Positions 8,555 through 19,000 of a DNA stretch of 31,884 nt are shown here, piece by piece. Positions within the stretch are counted from its first letter, which is position 1; each line of letters opens with the position of its first letter. The DNA is from Clostridia bacterium. Its GTDB lineage: Bacteria; Bacillota; Clostridia; Oscillospirales; CAG-272. Where the stretch lies: the NCBI GenBank assembly GCA_017453085.1, contig JAFTKV010000045.1, positions 1 through 31,884 on the forward strand, given 5' to 3'. Made by a program: the position numbers and the translations under genes. The notes under the pieces were generated by a model. It ran no database searches. It was given only the letters and a program-made list of their open reading frames with translations, and was not told the DNA's origin.

Positions 8555-8574
8555 CGGTTAGCATTCACTAACCG
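8555..8574. promoter_or_regulatory. DtxR-like metal-repressor box just downstream of the feoA -10
   Basis: CGGTTAG-CATTCA-CTAACCG. Confidence 0.7.
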
Positions 8575-8579
8575 TACTT

Positions 8580-8608
8580 ATTATATAGCATCCGTTCCCT
8601 TTTGTCAA
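8580..8608 (-). promoter_or_regulatory. Consensus sigma-A promoter of the feo operon
   Basis: Perfect TTGACA-N17-TATAAT. Confidence 0.9.
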
Positions 8609-8647
8609 TAGGTTTTGGAAAATTTTTTCGTGATTTTTCTCACAAAT

Positions 8648-8675
8648 CAAAAAAGAACGTTGCCGTTCTTTTTTG
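8648..8675. terminator. Intrinsic terminator after the dual-HTH regulator
   Basis: CAAAAAAGAACG-TTGC-CGTTCTTTTTTG. Confidence 0.8.
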
Positions 8676-8681
8676 TGGAGT

Positions 8682-9878
8682 TTATCCTAACATATATTTT
8701 GTCAGCTCGGTACGGTTTCCGATACAGAGCTTTTCGTAGATCATCGCAATGTGATGCTTGATCATTCGCTCCGAAATATCCATATGGAGGGCAATCTCCT
8801 TCACCGCCCAGCCTCGGCTGTAGAGCGATGCGATGGTGTGTTCCATCAGGGTCAGACCGTTTGCCTGCAACTGATCGGGGCGCGACTTCTGCCAGGAAAT
8901 ACCGAATCGCTTGGTGATAGCGATCAGTTCCTTATATCGCTCGGGATTTTGTCGCTTCAAGCAGATCTCGGGAAGACCCATCATCAGAAGATGATGCTCT
9001 CCGAGCACCTCGAAGCCACCGTCCGGCTCTACCAGCGACCAGAGCTTTTGGAAGCATTGCTTTGCCTCCTCCGTCCGCCGCTGACACATGAAGTCAATGC
9101 ACAGCATCGTTCGCAAATAATTGGCTGCCAGCGGATAATCGTCTCCGCCCAGCGCAAGCGCCAGATCGATCACACCGCGGGAATAATCGTACTCGTCTCG
9201 TTGATACGCCGCATAGGACAAAACGTAACAGCCAAACAGCTGAGAGCCCTTGGGTAGAACGGATATGACCCGTGCCAGTTCTACCGTGTTTGCATTGGGC
9301 ACCCGAAGCAAAACATCCGCCGCCGTGCGAAGAAGGATCGCATTGGCTCGGCACAATGGATCGGTCTCTGTCGCCAGCAAAGCAGCCGTCCGCCCGTGAA
9401 TGCGGGCAATTCCGTCTCTGACCTGTGCAAGCTTTCCCATGCTCAGGTTCGAAAACGCGTGCATCAGATTGGCCGAAAGCGCCAGACCGGCATCGCTATG
9501 CTCCAGATAGAGCTCCGCCTCTTTGGAGGCAAGCTCCACCTGTCCGGTGAAATAATAATACTCGCCTCTTGCGATGGCGCGCTCGTCCTCATCCCCGATC
9601 GTCAACACTGCGTCGTACGCATGACCGGGTGCAAACGACGTGTTCAAGAGCGGAAATAAATCACAGCTATGTTGGACAGAAGCTTCGATTAGCATGATTT
9701 CCGACTGTACAGCCTCAGTTGCATGAGGCGGATCGGAAACCAGCGCATCGGCAGGAATCAGCCACGAACGGCCGATCTGCTTTGCACCGGGCAGCTTTCC
9801 GCTTTTCGCCCACTTCTGGACCGCGCGAACCGTTACGCCCAAACGGGCCGCCGCTTTCGCCGCAGATTCAAATTCCAT
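8682..9878 (-). CDS. Transcriptional regulator with N-terminal Xis/MerR-like HTH and C-terminal LuxR HTH (398 aa)
   Basis: N-terminus SAAKAAARLGVTVRAVQKWAKSGKLPGAKQIGRSWLIP; helical middle; C-terminus LTLMEHTIASLYSRGWAVKEIALHMDISERMIKHHIAMIYEKL. GGAGG RBS before the ATG at 9878. Confidence 0.85.
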   Translation of the reverse strand: MEFESAAKAAARLGVTVRAVQKWAKSGKLPGAKQIGRSWLIPADALVSDPPHATEAVQSEIMLIEASVQHSCDLFPLLNTSFAPGHAYDAVLTIGDEDERAIARGEYYYFTGQVELASKEAELYLEHSDAGLALSANLMHAFSNLSMGKLAQVRDGIARIHGRTAALLATETDPLCRANAILLRTAADVLLRVPNANTVELARVISVLPKGSQLFGCYVLSYAAYQRDEYDYSRGVIDLALALGGDDYPLAANYLRTMLCIDFMCQRRTEEAKQCFQKLWSLVEPDGGFEVLGEHHLLMMGLPEICLKRQNPERYKELIAITKRFGISWQKSRPDQLQANGLTLMEHTIASLYSRGWAVKEIALHMDISERMIKHHIAMIYEKLCIGNRTELTKYMLG

Positions 9879-9909
9879 TCGTTTCGCCTCCTTTTTATTT
9901 ATAAAAAAC

Positions 9910-9938
9910 ATTATACTCCTATTTGACAGACGTTTCAA
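9910..9938 (-). promoter_or_regulatory. Sigma-A promoter of the regulator gene
   Basis: TTGAAA-N17-TATAAT. Confidence 0.8.
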
Positions 9939-9970
9939 CAGAAAATTGTTAATTTTATTCGCCATATTCC

Positions 9971-10002
9971 AAAAAATACCCGACGATTGCTCGTCGGGTA
10001 TT
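9971..10002 (-). terminator. Intrinsic terminator of the adhesin gene
   Basis: AATACCCGACGA-GCAA-TCGTCGGGTATT followed by TTTT. Confidence 0.85.
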
Positions 10003-10042
10003 GGTATTATTGGAGGTGGTCAGCCTGCTCTATCCGGGCAGC

Positions 10043-13000
10043 TTAGTCCTCTGCACGAAGCTTTCTTCTGCGGCGTACACCCATGGTCAGGATCGCACCG
10101 CAGCTGATCGCCACAAGGCCCATCCACAGCATCAAGCTGTCTCCGGTCTGGGGAACCTCTTCGTAATCGTAGGTGTTTACGAACTCTGCAACTACTGCAT
10201 CGGTATCTGCGCCGTTCACGGCAAGCTCTGCCACCAGCGTATTGGTGATCTCATCCAGAGACACGGTGACGGTGATGGTATAAACTGCGTCGCTGTAGGT
10301 CATGTACTCGATATTGCCCTTGACCTCGGACAGCAAATAGGTATAGGTCTTACCGATGTCATCCTCAGAGAAGGTCAGCGTGATCGAAGCGTGACCCATT
10401 GCATCGGTGATCACCGAGATGGGATCGCCGCCTGCAGCGTTCTGCAGCAGGAACTCAAAGCCCTCGGGAGACATCGTTACGTTGCCCAGATTCTCCATGG
10501 TCTTCTCCACGTTCAGGTCTACCGTAATATCGGCAGGCTTGGGAGTGTAAGTGTTGACAAACGTTACTGCCGACACAGCATCGGTACCGCCTGCCTTGGT
10601 GATCACGGTATCGGTAACCTGCAGGCTGCCTGCTCCGTCATCCTCTACAGTCACGGTCACGTGATATACGGTGGGATCGTAGGTAATGCGCTCCAGGTCG
10701 CCTGCTACCTCGGTGATGACGAAGCGGTAGGTGCCTGCGGATCCGACCTCGACGTTTGCGAAGGTAAAGCTGCCATCGGCCGCATTGGTTGCGGTAACAG
10801 CCTCGCCTACCGTCTCAAACTGCTCATTTGCAGCAAAGAGACGGAAGCTGAACTCGCCTGCGGCAAGTGCTCTGCCCGCGAGGATCTTGGTGCCGCCCAG
10901 CGTGATCACGGTGCCCTCGGTGGAATAAGTGTTGGTGAAGGTAACCGACTCAACCGTTTCGTTGTCCTTCGAAATGCTCTCGATCGCAGCGATCAGATCG
11001 CCCTTTCCATTATCGGTAACCCGAACGGTCACGTGATATACGGTGGAATCGTAGGTCACGCCGCCCAAATCGCCTGCCTGCTCAAGGATCGCATAGTAGT
11101 AGATGCCTGCCACATCATAGGTGATCGCATCGAACACGAAACTGCCGCCTGCAGTATTCAGCTTGATCTGAAGTGCATCGCCGGACACGGTGAAGTGCTC
11201 GTCGGTCTGATACAGCGCAAAGGTGAACTCGTCTGCCTTCAGCGGTCTGCCCTCCAGCACCTTATTGCCCGAAATGTTCAGGCTTGCGCTGTCGGGAGCG
11301 TACAGGTTAGTGAATCCGATCGTCTCAACAGCAGTATTGCCATTGGAGATGGAGGTGGAAGCGATCAGCTTGCCCTCTCCGTTATCGGTCACGGTAACGG
11401 TGATGCGGTAAATAGTGGAGTCGTAGGTCACGCCGCCCAGCTTGCCCGCCTGCTCGGCAACTGCATAGTAGTAGGTACCTACGCGGTCAAATTTGAGAGC
11501 GGAGAAGCGGAATGCACCGTCTGCACCGTTCTGCTTGGTCTCGATGGCGGTCAAGCCGTCGATCGCAAAGCTTTCGTCGGTCTCGTACAGCATAAAGCTG
11601 AACTCACCTGCGAGAAGCACTCTGCCGGTCAGGATCTTGTTACCCGAAAGGTCAACGGTAGTGCTCTCGGCGGTATACTCGTTGACGAAGGAGATAGACT
11701 CTGCCGCATTGCCTGCTTCGTCGGTAATCGCGGTGGAAGCGATCAGCTGACCCTTGCCGTTATCTCTGACGGTAACGGTAATGTGATAGATCGCATCGTC
11801 GTAGGTCACACCGCCCAGCTTGCCTGCCTTTTCCACAACTGCAAAATAGTAGGTGCCGGCAGAAGCAAAGGTCACTGCGTCAAAGGTGAAGCTGCCATCG
11901 GCTGCATTCTGCTGCGTGCGGATGGGATCGCCGGTGATAGCAAAGTGCAGACCGGTTTCGTACAGCTCGAAGCCAAACTCGCCTGCGGCAAGTGCTCTGC
12001 CAATCAGGGTCTTTTCACCGGTGAAGATTACCTCGGTGGATTTTGCGGTATAGGTGTTGGTGAAGCGAATGGTGTCACGGGAGGTGCCGTCTGCCAGCGT
12101 GATCTTGACGCTTGCAACCAGCTGTCCCTGCAGGTTATCGGTCACGGTGACAACCACACGGTAAACGGTGGAGTCGTAGGTCACGCCGCCCAGCTCGCCT
12201 GCCTGCTCCGCTACCAGGAAATAGTAGGTGCCAACCGTATCAAAGGAGAGTGCGTCGAATGCAAATGCGCCGTTCGCTGCGTTGGATTTGATCTGCAGCG
12301 CGTCGCCCGATACGGTAAAGCCGTTGTCGGTCTGATACAGCAGGAAGAAGAACTCACCTGCAGAAAGGTCTCTGCCATTCAGGGTCTTCAGGCCCGACAG
12401 AATAGCGGTGGTGGGCTGTGCGGTATAGCTGTTCTCGAAGGTGATCGCCGATACTGCATTGCCGGATACGTCGGTCACCGACTGAGTAGCAACCAGCTTG
12501 CCCTCGCCGTTATCTCTGACGGTCACGGTGATGCGATAGGCTGCCGCATCGTAGGAGACACCGCCCAGAACGCCCTTGGTCTCGGTCACTACGTAGTAGT
12601 AGGTACCCGCCGCAGAATAGGTGATGGGATGGAAAGCGAAGCTTCCGTCTGCGGTATTGTGCGTGATCTGGATCGGATCACCGCTAATGGCAAAGCCCGC
12701 ACCGGTGGAATAGAGGTTGAACTCAAACTCGGATTCGTACAGCGTTCTGCCGTTCAGGGTCTTATGACCGCCGATCACAGTCTGTGCGCTGTCGGTAGAA
12801 TAACGGTTGTTGAAGCGGATCGCCGCAACTGCAGTGCCCTGTGCGTTCACCGCAGATACTGCCGCGTGCAGCTGCCCCATACCGTCGTCGGTGACGGTGA
12901 CGGTAACGCGGAAGGTTGCACCGTCGTAGGTCACGCCGCCCAGGCTTCCCGCTTTCTCGGAAATCACGTAGTAGTAAGTGCCTGCGGCATCGTAGGAGAT

Positions 13001-16000
13001 CGAATCAAAGGCGAATTTGCCGTCGGCGCCGTTCTGCTTGGTCTGCAAAAGAGCCTTGCCGGAAACGAAATCTGCACCGGTCTGATACAGCTCGAAGTAG
13101 AACTCGCCTGCCACGAGATCTCTGCCGGTCAGCACCTTCGTGCCCGACAGGACTGCATAGGTGGGTTTAGCGGTATACTCATTGACGAAAGTGATAGCGG
13201 TGGCGGTGGTGCCGTTGGCATCCACTGCAACCTGCTTGGTCACCCGCAGGGCACCCTTGCCGTCATCTTCAACGGTGACGGTGATGCGGTAGTAGTTCCC
13301 GTCGTAGGTCACGCCGCCCAGATTGCCCTTCTTCTCTGCGATCTCGAAATAGTAGACGCCTGCCTTGTCAAACGACTCGGCTGCGAAGACAAACGCACCG
13401 TCCTCGCCGTTCTTCACGGTTTGCAGCAGGGTCTTGGTGCCTCCAAATCCACCTGCGTAGCGATACAGCTCAAAGGAGAACTCGTTTGCGGCAATATTCT
13501 TGCCAAGCAGCACCTTCATGCCCTCAAAGAGGATCGAGGTGGGCTCTGCGGTATAGCTGTTGTTGAAACGGATGCTCTGTACTGCGCTTCCCTGCGCATT
13601 GGAAATAGAGGTAACAGCCACCAGGCTGCCCGCGCCGTTATCGGTCACGGTAACGGTAACGTGGTAAACGGTGGAATCGTAGGTCACGCCGCCCACATCA
13701 CCCTTTTCCTCTGCAACGATGTAGTAATAGGTGCCTGCGGCAGAATAAGTGACAGCGTCAAAACGGAAGGTGCCGTCCATTGCGTTCTGCGCATGATCCA
13801 CCAAAACCGCATTGGCTGCCGAGAAGCCTGCGTCGGTTTGATAGAGGCCAAAAGTGAACTCTGCATCCTTCAACTCTCTGCCGCCCAGAAGCTTATTGCC
13901 GGAAACAGATACGGTTGCAGGCCGTGCGGTATAGGTGTTGCGGAAGGTAATGGCATCCACGGTCTTGCCGGATGCATCGGCGTATGCTACCGAGGCTACC
14001 AGCTCGCCTGCGCCGTTATCGGTCACGGTAACGGTCACACGGAAGGTTGCACCGTCGTAGGTCACGCCGCCCAGATTGCCCGCGCGCTCAGCCACCACGA
14101 AGTGGTAGGTGCCTGCCGCAGTAAAGGAGATCGGATCAAAGATGAAGTGACCGCCTGCAGTATTCTGCTTAGTCTGGATAGCCGTCAGACCAGTGATGCT
14201 GAAGCTTTCTGCGGTCTGATACAGATCGAAGTAGAATTCGCCTGCCTTCAGAGGTCTGCCGCTGAGCACCTTATTGCCCGATACAGAAGCGGTTGTATCA
14301 TTAGTGGAATAAACGTTGGTAAAGCTGATGGCGGAAACGGAGGTGCCGTTCTCGTTTTCGATGGCAACGTCGGCTACCAGCTGACCGTGTCCGTTATCGG
14401 TCACGGTAACGGTCACGCGATAGATGACACTGTCGTAGGTCACACCGCCAAGGCTGCCTGCACGCTCGGCGACCACGTAGTAATAGGTGCCGACCCGATC
14501 AAAGCGAAGTGCGGAGAAGCTGAACTTGCCGTTTGCCCCATTCGTTACAGTCTCCAGAGCAGAAAGTCCGGAGATGGAGAAGGTGGCTCCCGTCTGATAC
14601 AGGTCAAAGCTGAACTCGCCGGCGGAAAGATCTCTACCGTTGAGGGTCTTGGTGCCCGACAGAGTGACGGTAGCATCCTCTGCAGCGTATTCGTTGCGGA
14701 ATGCAATGTCTGCATCCTCGCCGCGGGCGTCGGTTACCGCAACCGATGCGATCAGACGACCGACACCGTTATCGGTTACGGTTACGGTCACACGGTAAAC
14801 GGTATCGTCATAGGTGATGCCGCCAAGGGTTCCCTTGGACTCGGCCACCACGTAGTAGTAGGTGCCCTCACGGTCAAAGGACAACGCAGTGAAGCTGAAC
14901 TTGCCGTCAGCAGCATTGCGCACGGTCTGAATAGGATCGCCGCTTACTGCATAGGTAGAATCGGTCTGATACAGCAGGAAGGCGAATTCACGAACCGCCA
15001 GGTCTCTGCCGCTAAGGGTCTTGGTGCCCGACAGGGTAACGGTGGTTCCCTCGGTAGTGTAGCCGTTGGCAAATGCGATGGCACTCTTCGCAACGCCTGC
15101 ACCGTTGGTCATGGCAACGGCAGCGTGGAGTGCGCCCGCACCGTCGTCGGTGACGGTAACGGTAATATGGTATACGGTAGCGTCGTACGCCACGCCGCCC
15201 AGATTACCCTTATCCTCTACTACCACGTAGTAGTAGGTGCCTGCCGCAGTAAAGGTCAGATCTGTAAAGCCAAATTTGCCGTCAGCACCGTTTTGCACAG
15301 TCTCGATCGCGGAAAGTCCCGAGATGGAGAAGCTGGAGTCGGTCTCGTACAGGGAGAAGCTGAATTCCCCTGCCGCCAGATCTCTGCCGCTGAGGGTCTT
15401 GGTGCCGCTGAGCGAAACGTCTGCATCCTCTGCATCGTATACGTTCACGAACACGATGGGAGCGGTCGTTCCGTCGCCGTTGGTAATAATGGTACGGGTA
15501 GCCAGCGTGCCGTCGCCGTTATCACTGACCATAACGGTCACACGGTAAACGGTATCATCATAGGTAATGCCGCCAAGGCTTCCTTGGGATTCGGTCACCA
15601 CGTAGTAGTAGGTGCCTACGGAATCGAAGGTCAGCGGAGCAAAGCTGAAGGTGCCGTTCGACTTATTGACAACGGTATCGACGGGAGTCAGACCGTCAAT
15701 GGCAAAGGTATTATCGGTCTTGTACAGATTAAAGGCAAAGCCGCCCACGATCAGCGGTCTGCCGCTGAGCACCTTATTACCCTCAATGGTAACGGTAGCG
15801 TTGGTCAGATCGTAGGTGTTGGTAAAGGTGGCGTGATACGCATCACCGGCGTTGTCGGGAACAGTAGCATCCGCATTAGCGGTATAGACTACTGCACCGA
15901 TAGTGCCGTCCAGATTATCCACCACGGTCACTTCGATTATATAGACCGTATCGGTATAGGTCATGCCCGGGATATCGCCGGGGATCTCACGCAGAATGTA

Positions 16001-19000
16001 AGTGTAGGTATTGCCGCAATCGGGTGCGTTGTAGACCAGCTTGATCTGCGCAGTACCGTCTGCTGCGGTGAGTACGGTGTCACCCAGGAGATTGTCGCCC
16101 TCAAACAAGCCGAACTCGAAGCCTGCAAGGGAGATCTCTGCGCCGTTCAGGCTTTCCACGACCTTTTGGATAGAAACGGTAATTCCTGCGGAGCCTGCGG
16201 GCGCATAACGGTTGGTAAAGGAGGTATCTGCCTCCCAGGTGTTGGCCTCGTCGTCATAGGTAACGGTAACAAGTCCCGGAGAACTGATCTTGTCGATCTC
16301 CAGCTGTCCGTCCATATCGGTATCGGTCACGTTCACGCTGATGTAGCGATAGGTAAGGTCGTATGTCACGCCGCCGATAGCGTTGTTGGCATCGTATACC
16401 TCTGCAATGCGGTAATGATAGGTGCCGATCTCGGTATAGCTTTCACTGCCAAATGCGGCGGTGAAATCAAACGCAGGATCCGTCTTGGTAACGGTCTGTG
16501 CCTCGCCTACTCTGTTCCAGGCAGCAGCAGTGGGATCGTAGCGCTGCAGTTCGAAGGTGAAGCGGTCGCTATCCAGCCACACACGGCCAACCAGCTCCTT
16601 GGTTCCGGTAACGGTCACGTTGACGGGATCGACCTTTTCGGGCTCGTAGGTGTTGACAAACGCCAGCACACGGTTGGTATCAGAGGATACGGTTGCGCTC
16701 AGCAGCGTTTCCTTTGCGGTAAAGCCCTCGGGAAGATTGACCTCACGGGCGATAACAATATCGGTTTCCTTCAGATCGCTGATACGGATAGACTGTCCGG
16801 CGTGAAGCTTTACGGTCGCACGGCCATTGCCATCGGTCACGATAACAGAGCCGGTTGCAGTGTGGTAGGTTGCGCCCGCTCTGGGATTGCCGGCAGCATC
16901 GGTAATGGTCAGTTCAAATTCGAATACCAGATTGGCGGGGACCTCGTAAGAGCTGCCGAAGGGGTGCTCCACGGTCTTGGACAGGATCACGTTGCCGTTA
17001 GACTTAACGGTGTTTTCAAAGACCACGCCGACAAGTGCGTTATCGGCTACCGTAACAGTGGTGCCGGTTGCATCACCGACAGCCTCGCCGTTGATAGACT
17101 TGATCTTGTAATCGCCTGCAACGTCCTCGGTAACGGTATAGTCACCTGCAGCAAGGCCGATGATGTAGACCGACTGCCCCGCCTTCAGCAGAATATCGTC
17201 GGAAACGCCGTCGGTAAAGGTTACGATGCCCTGTGCCTGACTGCCGTTTGCAGCCTCGTAGATGGCAAGATACAAGCCGTCGGTCACGTCCTTGCTCTCT
17301 ACGTTAAAGGTAAAGACAGCATCTGCATTGGTTACGGTATCGTCCACTACCTTGGAGATCACGATGCCGGTGGCGGGGCTGACGGTCAGCTTACCGTTGT
17401 TGCCCATAATCGTATCTGCATAGTAGTAGGAATCGTCGCCGTCGGACAGATCGGAGTCGAGATGCTGTTCAATGCCCAGGCAGAATGCATGAGGCAGCGT
17501 ACCGGTGGGATTGGCGGATTTAGCCTCCTCAATGTCTGCAGTGGTACGGCGAACGGTTCCCATGGGAACGTACCATACGCCCTCCTCATTCCGCAGAGCT
17601 TCCGCCTGTGCCTGTGCGGTTACAGGCTCATACGTGGTATCCAGCACCGCCTTGCCGGTTTCGGCGTCGGTAATTCTGAACACGTTGACCTGACGGTAGA
17701 AGCTGTCGCCCGAGGGCTTGTTGCTGCCGTCGTATTTGACGTACTCGCCGTCTACCAGCTGATAAACGGTGGTATTTTCGTTATAATAGTATCTTTCGTT
17801 TTCCTCGGAGGGCTCGAAGAAGGCTACGGTATTGATCGCCTCGGAGGGAAGCAGAGTCTCATCGTCGTGAGCGGACTGACTCCATGCGTTGGTGTAGAAG
17901 GTATAGGTGCCGTCCTCGTTACGATTCGCCTCGCCCAGCTTTTCTGCAATGTTCAGTGCAGTAATATCAAAGCGCAGACCCACTTCAAACACCAGACGAA
18001 TGGGATCGGCATCGTCGATCTCCACGGTGATGTCGCCGGGGTTGTCCAGGCTCTCACCGGTCAGGGATACGTTGTAGGTAACGACCGGAACCAGCGATGC
18101 GGGGATCTTCCAGATCACCTCGCTATGTCCGGTCACCAGCTCGGTACGCACCTGAATGGAAATGTGCATCATATCGCTCTCACGATAGCCATCCTTCACT
18201 GCGCCCAGCATACCGTAGGATTTTGTAACGTAAAATGCGCCTTCCGGAACATCGTCTATGGAATGGGAGGGATCCCAGAAGCCCATATAAGTGCCGTTTG
18301 CATCGGCATACCAGCCGATATAGTTGGAGAACTGTGCGGGAGTGGTATCGGTAGCGGGAGTATAGGACAGCTGACCGTGCTGATATGCCAGATTGATCAG
18401 CGCACGTGCTTCCGCAACCTGCTTTTCATAGGTATCATACTGATCCATCTGATTGATACCCAAACGCTCTACTACCGACCAGACCATCTCATCGCCCAAT
18501 GCATTGGGATTGGTCACAGTACCCAGTGAACCGCCGCCCTCTTGGAAGTTTGCTGCCAGCAGCTCGCCGGAGAAGAGGGTGTCGCCCAGCACGATACCCT
18601 TGATGGACTTGACCTCCATATAATCGCCGATGTCGTCGATAAACTGGATGTAGCCGTCTGCAGTAGTGGTGGTGTTGACCAGAGTGGGATAATACAGGGA
18701 CTGCAGAATGATCTGCTGAATGATCGTATCAAACACCTTCTCCAGCTCGGAGGTTGTGGATGCAGCGAAATACTGATCTACGTAAAGCTGTTCTTTGGCA
18801 TATTCATTCAGCGCAACCGACCGAGTATTTTTTCCGCTGCCGGAGAGAACCAGGTATTCGCCCTCGGAAAGATTCAGATAAGCTTCCCAGTCGGAATTGA
18901 TTCCATCGGTGGACTTTGCGGGATTCAGTACGCTGACTGCGACCTCGTCGCTGCCCACTCCAAAGCCCAGGGTATAGAACAGTGCGTTATTGTCGTAATG

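Noticed and set aside
8682-9878. Excisionase marking a mobile element
   Set aside because: The Xis-like HTH is fused to a LuxR regulator; no integrase, att-like repeats or transfer genes are visible.
10547-15811. Regularly spaced ~17-nt repeats as a CRISPR array or DGR
   Set aside because: The period is about 376 nt, the repeats are in-frame coding for GGVTYD, and the intervening sequences are homologous. No cas gene or reverse transcriptase is present.
10001-18529. 2842-aa plus-strand ORF (and 18542-20131) as a real overlapping gene
   Set aside because: It is exactly in register with the adhesin codons and stays open only because TTA/CTA/TCA are avoided. No RBS, promoter or recognisable domain; its periodicity mirrors the sense repeats.
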